From positions 62,001 to 126,000 of the forward strand of contig ADNK01002519.1 of the NCBI GenBank assembly GCA_000320545.1: a stretch of 64,000 nucleotides of DNA, read 5' to 3'. A program made the translations under genes and the position numbers. Origin of the DNA: Bigelowiella natans CCMP2755. Its lineage: Eukaryota; Protista; Cercozoa. The stretch's first letter is position 1, and each line of letters starts with the position of its first letter. Below are positions 27,146 to 38,489 of this stretch, piece by piece. Under the pieces are notes generated by a model that worked only from the letters and a program-made list of their open reading frames with translations, was not told the origin of the DNA and did no database searches.

Positions 27146-30100
27146 GTTCACGTTGAGTCGAGTCATTTATGCGATCTGCCGCGAAAGAGAGTCTTCTTTT
27201 TATTATCCCACTTGTAGTACCTTAATTGCCTTATCCTTTGCAGGCAACCATTCTCCTCGTAATTCCATAGGTACATCACACGACAGCTGGTTAAGGTGCA
27301 GCTGCAGTTCTGTGAGGTTTGGTAGGATAGCTGAGAGGCCGACAGGGAGTCCACCTTGGATGCGGTTTTCATTCAACCTAAGCTTCTCTAACCTCACTGC
27401 CTTCTCAATCGTCTCAGGAATAGCGCCACTAATTCTATTCTGAGAAAGGACGACTTGGCGCAGCTTTTCCCCTTCAAAGAGTGCTGGAGGTATTGTTCCT
27501 GAGAGTTGATTTGCCGCCGCCAGTACTTTCTGGAGGTTGGGAGCACGCGCAAGGTCGTCGAGCGTTCCATGGACATTAGTTCCTTGAAGGATGAGATACT
27601 CCAGGCTGTCAGGAAGCATCCTCCCCATCGTTCCCTCAAGCCCTTTATTATTCGATAAAGAAATTATGGACAGCTGACGCAGCCTGTTGCGCCAACTTGG
27701 CAGATTGCCGCTAAATTTACAGTCGTACCTGAAGAATTAATGAGAACAGGGTGGGGGGAGAGAATTACGGGAGCACAGGAAGTGTTTAATGTGTATAATG
27801 AGCTATAGCCAAAAATAAATTGCTTTTCATATGAACAAACACCAGTCTAGGTTACAATTTCTTTGCTCCACCTTCTCACCCATCTTCTCACCATCGTCAT
27901 CATCTATGTTTCTATCAATATTACGCGATAAATTGTTTGAGCATTGCATTCCCAGTGCCATACGGACAGGAGGGTAGCTCCCCAGAGAGTTTTGTATTCT
28001 GCAGCTGCAAAATTTCAATCGAGGAGTTTTTGCACATCAGGCTTGTCGGAATCGTTCCAGAGAGTCCGGAAGTATGTACCCGTAACATACCTAAGAAGAG
28101 GGGAAAGAGGAGGGGAGGAAGAATAAGTTGGATTTAAGCAGAAGAAGCATTAAAACGGGTTGAGCAGGTAGATACGAAAAAGAGAGCGCACAGGTGATGA
28201 GATTAGGAGGAGGTCTTCTAAGCAATTGACACACTCATGCAACATTGAGTAACGGCATACTATTGAGATGATAAGAGCAGAAGAATGTGAAAATACACAT
28301 ACGAAGTGCAGCCTCGTCAGTACGATTTGCCCAGCACGCCTCCGACGGTAGAGTACCAGAGAGTTGCGATTTGTACATCGTAAATTCAAAGAGCTTTTCA
28401 GAAGAAGGACTGCCGCACATAAGGGACGACGGGATTGTCCCAGAGACCTTGCTATCGTACATCTTAAAAAGAACCAGCTTCGTATTTTTAGAGCGCGAGT
28501 TTATACACTCGTTGGAGGGCATAGTTCCTGATAACTCGTTGCCAAATAATTTTAGACTTGAGAGCTTCTCTGCAGCCGTCGATCCGCAAAGTAGCCTGAG
28601 CAGATGTGCCAGTTATTTAAGTGATTTACATCTGATCTCCGCTCTATCTTAAAGGGAGTGTGTTTCTTCATTTTTCTTCTTCTTTCGTAGCTCCTCTAGG
28701 TCAAACTCAGTATGTCAGGTGAGTCTAAAATATTACTTCTACTACTACTACTACTACTTCTTCTTCTTCTTCTACAACTACTATATACCCCGATGGCAAG
28801 GTTCCTGAGATCTTGTTCCAGTTAGCATAGAGCACACTCAATTGCGTACTTCTCGAACGGCTATTGAGACAATCATTGTTTGGTAGCGTTCCGGAAATCT
28901 GTGTACTATAAACCTATGGTAGAGTTATGGTCCCCGCAAATAAAACAAAACCATAAATTTAATTCACAACTTAATGAAAATCATGACGCAAAAGCTCGCA
29001 GCTTGGGTCATCAGGGACAGACGTAATCTCGTTACTGTACCTTTCCCTCCCCTCTTCACGTAATTATGATGATACAGCCTATCTATGTCTACTACGGTTC
29101 CTGTACTTGGAGGACTAGACCACCACCCTTTCTTATTGTTTATTTTAATAAGATCACCGACCCTAAGTGTGTGCAGCTTCTCTGCGACGTCCGTTCCGCA
29201 TATCAAACCATCGGGAAACTCACCACCCAGATTGGAGTTGTCATGAGCCCAGAGATACTTAAGGCTGAAACTGCTCGTGCGATCATGCCAACACGTACTG
29301 TTTGGTAGGCTACCTGAAATGCTATTCGCGCTCGCATAGAAGTTCTTCATTCTCCTTGCGGAAGGGCTTCCGCAGACGAATTTAGATGGTATGGTTCCCG
29401 ACAATCGATTGGCGTGAATATTCAAATAATCGAGGTACGTTGACGAAGAGGGGCGCGAGTTGAGGCAGTCATTTGAGGGTAAATAACCAGAGAAACGATT
29501 GTTTTGGAATCGAAGCTTTCTCATCCTTGCCGCTGCTGAGTTGCCGCACATAAATCCCGACGGGATGAACCCGGTCATATTGTTTCCGTGCACGTAGAAG
29601 TACCTTAGATCTGAGCTGCTCGAGCGGTTGGCAAGGCATGAACTTGAGGGCAAGCTCCCAGATATGAAGTTGTCATCAATCTTAAAGCTATACATGTTGT
29701 CCGCTGCTGCATTGCCACAGATGAGGGCCGAAGGCAGCGTTCCAGAGAGTTTAGAATCTCTGATAAAGAAGTTGCGCAATGGCGCTGTTGCCGGCCGGCT
29801 GTCCAAGCAAGAGGAAGAAGATCCTGAAGCTGGATCAAAGCTGCCAGGAATGTACCCCGAAATTGCTGTTTCCTCTAGTGAGAGCTTCTCGAGCTTATTT
29901 ACCAGGTTGCTATCGCATAGAATGTTTCCTGGGATTGTTCCGGACAAACTGAACTGCTTTTCGAATTCGATCGAAGTCAGATTTGGCAGCGTGGTTCCGA
30001 TATCGACCAGAGCCGAGTCCAAAGTACCATTCAAACGGTTCTCAGAGTTGAACGAGATGCCTGAAGTGCAAAAAGGAGGTGCATTAATGAGGATGGAGGA

Positions 30101-30628
30101 TCTCGATGAAAATCTCACCGCCTACCTGTCACTGTCGCCTGGCCAGAAGCGCCACATTGAGTTGCAAGCCCATACCAGCTCGTGCTACAGGGAGAATAAT
30201 ATATCGAGCTGTTGAATAAACCTGTCCACCTATAACAACAACAATATGTGAATGAAGAGAGAAACAAACCACCAGCTCATGAATCACTCAAAGCTCTCTT
30301 CCAAAGCCACGGGACTTACCCGCCATTGTTCGTCCAGTTCGTCCCTTGCAATGATGTGTAGAATGTACGCAACGCATCCTGTAAAAAAAAATATTAGACT
30401 AATTATCGAATGATAATCTTTTGGGATCACTAAAAGATATTTTCCTAAGTGAACAGTTTGATAATTTGCGTTCTGATATCCCTTTCGTGTCGTGTCAACC
30501 GAAATAAACGATGGGACGTAACTCTTATCTGCGTCAAATACCTTTTCGCGCTCAGGAAGGTCGGAAGTTGAGGCTGTAGTTGCCGCCAAAAAGACTAAGC
30601 GCACGACCCAAGGATGGAAAGTGCCCAT
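22523..30628 (-). CDS. Signal peptide + extracellular plant-type LRR array + multi-pass transmembrane protein with low-complexity C-tail
   Basis: Starts MGTFHPWVVRLVFLAATTAS; many LxxLxLxxNxLSGxIP repeats (27200-30100). Hydrophobic helices lie in exons at 26128-26930, ~25860-25990, ~25095-25345, ~23965-24100, ~23650-23720 and 23450-23540. Exon chain approximate. Confidence 0.75.
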
Positions 30629-30890
30629 GTTCTAACCCACGTGCCAATACTCTCACCTTTTCTGTCCACCACTCGCAGTTTCGGAAGTTCACTACGACCA
30701 TGGAAATCGTTCTTGGCGTTTCTTGTCATCAAGTCAGTCATAGCATCGATGTCGCTTGATCGAATCGTAGGGCATTTGTGCCTATTCTTTTGCAAGCTTT
30801 CTCGCCGTTCTCCTAGAACCACGAGCATCTTGTCGCTTGTGTTGTTCTGAGGCCGTCGAGGATCCGCGTCACCTTCCACTGATCAGAGTA

Positions 30891-31700
30891 TCTTGCTCTT
30901 TGGAAAGGGCCGATGCGGCGCGCAATGCGGCAATGGGCGGGGGTTTCGGTCACCAGGGTGGCTTTTCCTCCCACCCACAAACCCACATTCTCGTTCACTG
31001 GTGGGATGGACAGACGTGTCGCCCCAGCCACCGATGACTCGGTTGCCTGATTGAGGATGTTTGGATCTGCATCCAAGGTTCAAAGTTGCATCCCTGCATC
31101 CGCCGAAGTGGTGATGGCCAAATGCTAGAAATGGGCGGGGGGGATTTTCGGTTGCGAGGGTGGCTTTTCCCCTCATCCCTGCACCACATTCCTGTTCACC
31201 GGTGGGGCAGGCCACCGGCGAATTGGCTGCCAAGTGAAGGATTTTCGGACCTGTGTCTGAGATTCATCCCGCACGAATCCCGTCAGGATGAAGGTGTCGT
31301 CCTCCAACTTCATGCCATCCGCCAGTTTTGCAATTTTCTCCGTTGAGGCCGGGAACGTTGTGGTTGGCGTGAAGCTCGGACTTCCAATTGCAATGATGGG
31401 GCAATTCCTCCGCAAAAGCCGGGGATGTTGTGGTCCATCAACGCAGCTCAAGCTTGCGCGCCCGCACACACTGCTGGAGAAGCTAGCTAGCACAGCTAGA
31501 CAGAGCTAGCTAGCTAGATGTCGCATCGGACTTGCTAGTGGCAGTCAATTGCTCACATCTGCGGACATGTCCATTGTCAGGCGTCCTGCATGAACAAACT
31601 GAGCTCACTCAGAGCGCCAGAGCGCTCAGATTTGCAGACTCTAGGACTGATGGAGCCGAGCTAGCTAGCTAGCTAGCCATGCATCGTTCGGTGTGAATGT
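30891..31700. other. TpA-depleted island (every TpA lies in CTAG)
   Basis: Manual scan found no non-CTAG TpA in ~810 bp. Contains a diverged ~75-bp direct repeat and (GCTA)n arrays. Confidence 0.8.
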
Positions 31701-31889
31701 GTAGCTCTAGACTAGTAGGCCAGCGTTGTTCTCTAGTTCTAGAGTTCTCGATCACGTACGCGCATGCTAGCATGTGCATGGCGCAACACGCAGCAAAATT
31801 TTGAAAAAGATTCGACCTTGTCATCGCAATGGCAAGCGCTCGTTACGTGCTAGCGCTTGCTAAGTGTAACCTCTACTAACGAGCGCTTG

Positions 31890-34800
31890 CTAAGTATAAC
31901 CTCTACCTTTTATGATGTCTAGACATTGTTCTGCTTTGGATTTCACTCCTGTTGTTATTGTCTTCCATGTTTCTTTCTTCTCATTTGGGAAGTCAGTCCG
32001 TGCATTTATCTGACGCTCAACACTGCTTGCGGTAGTTTTTGCCTGTGTCAAAGCATGCTCTAACCCGTGATTCTCAACTAAATTGAGAGATATTTCGCGA
32101 CGAAGTTTAATTGCAGAATTATTTCTTTCCTTTCTGTCACGCTTAGCCGCGACTGACTCCATTGACTCAATTGCCTCAACATTCAGTACATGTATGAGGA
32201 CGATCAAAATGTTTAGTGCAATCTGTAGTCCTTCCTTTGTGGTGCAGGTCTTTAGGGTACTCACCAATATTTCGGCCTGTGTAGAAAGGTTTTCATTAAA
32301 CTCCGAAGTAGGTTCGAGTATCAAAGCAGGGAAATGACTAGCATATAACGTTGTCTGGAAAAATATTGTGCCGAGGGTGGCCGTTACTGGAACAAGAATG
32401 GCAAAATAATTGCGATCATCCTCAATTATTGCCATAAGTTTCGACACAACACCCGAAACAACGAGGTAGTATATTGTTCCTGCAGCTGCCTTTGCGCAGA
32501 TTTTCATGACTAGGGTGGAGATCGAGGCTAGAACTGAAGCATCATGTCGCTGGCCCATTTGCTGCTTCCCTAGCAAATACAATAAACGATCTAGCGTTGC
32601 TCGGTAACTGACAGGGCCAAATAAGATCCTGGTATCCTTCTCGATGAGCGAGCGCAGTAGGGTCACGGCGCTTAAAATAAGATCCCTACTGGGACAGTGA
32701 TGTATAATATCTAAGCAAATTTTACTGCACCCAAGATCATGGATTTTGCTCGAGAGAGCGCCCTTCTCAGTAGCAATCTTTTGCAAAGCCTGCAGAGAGT
32801 AATTTTTGGCGTAAATATTTCCGTGACATGCTAGTTGAATGAGAGGCTCCAGCAATCGGTCAAATCCCGTTTTAACCTGCCGTAATGCTTTTTTGCATAT
32901 GACTCGAAGTAGCTCCAGATTGTGAGATTTATGTAGAATTAGATTCCCTAGAAACTTTGAAAACATCCTCTCGTCTCCACAACGGGAAAATAAATCAGAA
33001 AAATATCCCGTTTCAAGGAGCTTGGATAGTACAAACTCATTGCATTGAAGATACTTCAATTGCTGAGGTTCCTGCAGAATCGCATAGATAGATTTCGTTG
33101 GGTCAAAGGGTACTCCATCTTTGTGCAGAAATACCAAAAACGCGATGACTTGGTTGAGGACATCTCTTTCTGTCTGGTTCATACCTGATCGACCTGACTT
33201 AACAGTCATTGCAAGAGACTGTATGTTAAGATATTCTGGCATGAATGAATCCACTGCATGCGCGAAGTATGCAGATACACGCCATCTCCACCTATTCAGG
33301 AGTTTTTTTTTCGTATCCACAGGAAAGTCAGATTTCAGCATTTTTCCTGCTGTTGTCTCAATGCGCTTTATGATCGACAAGGGATCTTTTACAACAACAG
33401 GTATTAAGTCAGAATCCTTCAATATGCTTTTCATATCCAAACCAGTTGTACGCAAAATACTGATGCAAAACTGCTCGGCTAGAAAATATAGTGTCTGCCC
33501 TCCAAACCTTTGCGTTGGCTTAATTTGATACATAGGCCGATTTCTCAACCATGAGTAGACTTCGGTACTGCAGAGTAAAGCGTTTACTTGTATTTGTATC
33601 ATGAATCGGTCGATATAAGTTGGATGCGGTACATGCGCAAGTTTTGAGTTTTGCTTCACCTCCTTCTTTCTATCGAGGTCAGTAATCCATTTACTGTTCC
33701 ACTTCCAATCCATAACAGTTGGTGAAAGAGTATCTACGATTCGCTCTACACAATCCATGAACTTTGGCTCATTTGTTCTATGATCTGAAATTTGTTTGAT
33801 ACCTTTAAGGACGAAAACCATATCTTGAAAGGTATTTATTTGTGGTGGTATGAATTTTCTTCGTACACCAATAATGCCGATTTCTCTGTCGTTAGTGAAG
33901 ATGTGCATTCTAAAACAGTGCCACATAGCTTCATCTTTCACAACATTTAGCTTCTTCCGATATATTCCACGTTCGGGCACAAAGAAATTCCCTGTTTTGC
34001 GACTCCTGTTGTCGGCATCGGCCATAAACCATGCTATTGACTCTACCCACAAATGGAAATGAAGGTTGGAATGGTGAGAATTTTTGGTAATACGCCGTTC
34101 CGGCATTATCCTGAAGATTAAGTGTTTGCTATCCTCTATATTCATTGGTTTACCACTATCATCCACGCTATCCCAATAGTATGTTGAGACATGCCGATTC
34201 TTTGTGGAATACGTGCTTTCTAGGGAAAAGTCTTTCATTTCTTCAGGACCGAGAAATATGTAACCACATCTGAAAGAGTAAAATAGATGTCTTTCAACTA
34301 AATTATGCAATCATAAGAGATACCTGTAAAATGTTTTCTGGTCCAATTTTAGTGATCGTGGCAACGCATTGTACATCATAATCGAGGGATGCCTGAATTG
34401 TATCTTCGCGATCTTTGAAGTTGATGGTAAGAATTCTACCGGAAGGTTTTGAAGGCAGTTATGAATGTACATCATAGCAGTATCTCGGGATATCTGAAGT
34501 TCTTCGACGATCATTTTTCGATGACAAGAGCTCATAGATACAAAACCACAAGGGCTATCTTTGTATGAGCGCTTCATAAGAATCCCGAATCGATCTGGAA
34601 GTAATGGGTGCAAGAGAATTTTTTCGATGTCGTCCAATCTGCCTTGGAATATGAGGCTTTCTCTTATTTGATTTCCACTTTTTACGATTCCATTTTCTTC
34701 GATCTCATCAAGAGAAACAATGCGACCAGTTGAGGAGGCTGAACTACAAAAAATTTTCAATGATCAGGAACGCAAAATTTTAGTCATCTTCCAATGACAT

Positions 34801-35173
34801 TTTACCTCATTTCAGCACTATGCACATCCCGGTCTACATTAGCTTGTTTTACGTATGTTTTTTGTTCATTCCGTCCATCAAAATTCTTAACACTTAACCC
34901 GAGCTGCTCATCGTAAGATCGATCTTTGATCTGGTCTTGGCGAATGATAAAGACTCTAGTTTTGGTAGTACACATGTATGCCAATACCCCAGGATCCTTC
35001 TCGTTGAGTGACTTACCTAGAAGCCTCTCTACGAGTTCAACATTTAATGTAGTGTGAGGAGCAGAAGGTCGAAGAAATTCATTGTTGATGGTCAAGACTG
35101 GTTGGAAGGTCCTGATGTCGTCACATCCTGTGATGGAGGCGAGTCCCTTTAGCCCGGCCAATCGAGATGCCAT
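31890..35173 (-). CDS. Hypothetical protein with C-terminal ARM/HEAT-like helical repeats (3 exons)
   Basis: ORFs 34802-35173, 34311-34760 and 31890-34310 are joined by short GT-AG introns. The C-half has ARM-like helices (LLEPLIQLACHGNIYAKNYSLQALQKIA; LVVSGVVSKLMAII). Confidence 0.7.
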
Positions 35174-35259
35174 TGTTGGTGAATTTTGTTTCGATGTGAA
35201 AGTAATATTTCGCTATTGATGGCTTTCACAGATTGGCAGGCGATTTGATTTTCTCACAA

Positions 35260-36290
35260 TGGATGTTGCTAGACGCAGGCATCAAAGGTCCTGCACTCTT
35301 ACTTCAACTGTGCTGTGCAAGACCAATCAAAGACTGAAATGCACAAATGCACAGGGAAAGATTGCTGCACGTTCATCTTTGCTGAAAGCTGCACACTGCT
35401 AGACTGGTGTAGACATTTTGAGTTGCGATGACTTTTCAGCAAGTCAAGGGGCCTCCCGGTGCTCCAAAGTGTGGCGTCCTTGATGATCGTCTGCGAGTGC
35501 CTTGGCACAAGAGTGAACGCCAGCGAGTTCTTCCAAAAGTGCACGCACTGTGTGCAAGTGACCAAGCGTGAACTGCTCGTGCATGTTCACAAGCTCTGGT
35601 GCAAGGCAAGACATCAGTGGCGGTTGTTAAAGTTTGCATGTTATCTGAACCAAGGTACGTGCATGCAAAATTTGAAATGAGAACTTCGAATCACAGCCCT
35701 GCTGACCTGACGATGAAGCCCAAGCGAAATCCTAGGCAAAGGATTCACTTGTGTTCCAAGCCAAACAACGCTGCTGCTGGCATCGGCGTGCAGGTTTGAT
35801 CCAAGTGCGAGCGAGCGAGCGAAGCATGCATGGGCAACGAAAAGGTGCGTGGTGGAGCTCGCGCACGTTGCGATTGGTCAAACTCAGCACAAAACTAGCT
35901 AGCGTAGCTAGAAAATCTTCAGCTTCAACAATGCGCCTCAAGGTCATCACTAGATCACGTACACTCTGGCACAGCCCATGCCTCCCATGCGTGCGCAAAA
36001 TCAAGCATCATGCATGTGTCTAGTGATCGTGGCTTTTCGCGTCATTTGCATTTGTTCCACACAATGGTCACACGCCTAGGCCGACGCAATGTACGACCGT
36101 GACGACGCACCAGCCACATTTGCAGATTTAGAAGTGATGGGTGGCATGCAGCAAAGGCGGGTGGCTGATCTAGATGATCGTTGCGCACGCCTGTGCATCG
36201 CTCTCGTGTGCAAATGCGATTCCATCAACGATGCGATGCTAGTTCAGAAAATTGCGACTCCATTCCCGGATCGAAGCATGGTGAAATAAT
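35260..36290. other. Partly TpA-depleted, CTAG-retaining island (degraded sequence of unknown origin)
   Basis: About half of the few remaining TpA are in CTAG; the track ORFs here are His/Cys-rich and almost Tyr-free. Confidence 0.65.
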
Positions 36291-36437
36291 GTTCATACTC
36301 CAATTTTCTCCTCGTCGTGGTAAAGTATCTCGTTAGAAGAAATGTCTAAAGCATCCAGCCATTGCATCGATTAATTCTTACAGAGGAGAGATAGAACTCT
36401 AGTCATCTGCGACGATGCGATTCTTAGGGGCAGAAAT

Positions 36438-37164
36438 TCAAATTTGATTCTCTTGTGCCCTTGCGTACGTAAGAAGCTGATAAAAATAAGAATTAATGTG
36501 TAGTTCTGACCAAAACAAAATATTGTAAGTTTCATAGCTTAATTTTGAATCGTACATGCACATTACAGACACATTTTTAACTCCATCTTCTACATGATAT
36601 AATCTCTCATGATGCACTAATTTCCCAATTACTTTATCTTTTGCCGTGTGGAGAAGTCCCCTGCCCATGCAGTACAAATAGCAGTAGAGCGGGCAGCAAG
36701 ACTAGGATAAAAAATGTAACCACACAATGTTAATGGTTTGCGACAATTACTGAGCTAACTTCCATAATAACGTACCAGTCCAGCAGTGCAGACACAGCAG
36801 CAATAAGCGAACATGGTCAGACACGAAATACACCCTGGGTTCTCCACAGCCTTTGAGGAAGAATTAGTAATAAAAAATAACATATCAGATACAGTTTCAT
36901 CTTATTTTATAAGAATTAGCTGTACTGACTTTTTCAGCCATAACCAAGCTCTGAAAACAAACAAAACACACTCATGTCTTTATGCATATCTCGAGAAATT
37001 ATCATATTTTCCCCTTAAATTTTATTTCCTTCAATGTTTGTATTACTGATTCTTCCTGAGCTTGTTGTTTTTTTAAGAAAAGTTTCCTGAATTCCTCCTT
37101 GTCCATCTGATATTATTTTGTCTGTTAATGTTCATTGCACTAACATATAATATGGAAATATATA

Positions 37165-37252
<88 letters not shown>

Positions 37253-37690
37253 ACTTTACCTTCCCATCCTTGTTAGCATCGAAAGCGTGAAAGACGCATT
37301 TACATTCGTCTTCTGTAAAGCTGACTTGCTGGCGCAGAAAGACCCTGAGCTCCTACATATGCGACACGCACACACACACACACACACACGCATTTGTAAG
37401 CAATGCATGCGATACGTATATATAATCAACAAGCACAAAGCGCTGTGGCAATTGCGAATCTAACCTTTTCCTCAACAGATCCACTGTTGTCCTTGTCAAC
37501 AGCGTCGAAGACCTAGGTGATGCAAAAACGCGGTTGAAGATAAATTAGGCACTGCCGTTCTTCGAACATCCAAAACATGCTGTGACGAGTAAATTGCGCA
37601 TATGGAAAATATTGACTAAAAGTTTTCGGTTCAAGGTACCAAGTCTATAACGGCATTTAGCTTGGCAGCTTGGTGTTGGTAGTCCGCCAT
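36438..37690 (-). CDS. Two-EF-hand calcium-binding protein with Cys-rich hydrophobic segment (8 small exons)
   Basis: Manual splicing gives MADYQHQAAKLNAVIDL|VFDAVDKDNSGSVEEK|ELRVFLRQQVSFTEDECKCVFHAFDANKDGK|MDKEEFRKLFLKKQQAQEES|SLVMAEKS|AVENPGCISCLTMFAYCCCVCTAGL|SCCPLYCYLYCMGRG...DGVKN|LLTYARAQENQI*. Two canonical 12-residue EF loops; all introns GT-AG, phase 0. Confidence 0.85.
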
Positions 37691-37935
37691 TGTTGTAAAA
37701 TCTAGATTCTGAGATACGTACACGCAAAATAATCAGTGATCATTATTAAGATCACAAAAGAAACAGAAGAGGAAGGGCGTAAATCTTACGATGAGACACG
37801 AAAATGATCATGTCGCTGTACATAAAGGACATAAGAATTTACCAATGATCATCTGCAACAAGAGTAACGTCGAAATACTATGCGCGGCTGGGAACTATTT
37901 TAGTAAAATCAGCTAGAGTCTAGATCTAAATATGA

Positions 37936-37992
37936 AGGAAATCCTCAGGAAATCCTAGGAAATCAGGAAATCCTAGGAAATCCAGGAAATCC
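37936..37992. repeat. Six tandem AGGAAATC(C/CT) units in a divergent promoter region
   Basis: Directly visible. Confidence 0.85.
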
Positions 37993-38079
37993 ATAAAAAT
38001 CACCTACTCGTAGATCCATGGGTGAAAAAAGAATTTCAGTTTCTGTATCTGTGGAAAATTCACCAAAATCTTTTTCTTT

Positions 38080-38230
38080 CATAAAACTGGGATTTATAAA
38101 GCCCGGTGCTCGAGAAGTAATCTCGGTTTAACCGGCGCCTGAGATTTCGATACCCCAAAAACACCTAAAAAGAACGAAAACCCGGGATTGCTTCTCGAGC
38201 ACCCGGGCTTTATAAATCCCAGTTTTTATG
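38080..38230. mobile_element. MITE-like foldback element with ~50-bp terminal inverted repeats
   Basis: 38080-38129 is nearly the reverse complement of 38178-38230; flanks are tcttt / tcttc (possible imperfect 5-bp TSD). Confidence 0.6.
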
Positions 38231-38489
38231 TCTTCGGTGGTCTATAGATCTAACAAAAATTCGACTGGTTTAAATTTGGTTACTACTGGTCTAGGTCTTG
38301 TGATGTGAGTACGAGAAAAAACTACCCCGTTTGAAGCTAAATGTGCGTATGGAAACCAAGTTGTAGGGCAAAATCCCTGGTCGATGTATGTGAATACGAC
38401 ACTATTTGAACGTGTTGTACCAAAATTGATGTCGCAGGGCAAAATTCTTCTTTATTTTTATATCCGTCACAAACGTCGTTCGGACAAGC

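Noticed and set aside
30595-31509. Several 60-116 aa ORFs upstream of the LRR gene
   Set aside because: Same stop-codon-depletion artefact; no recognisable motifs.
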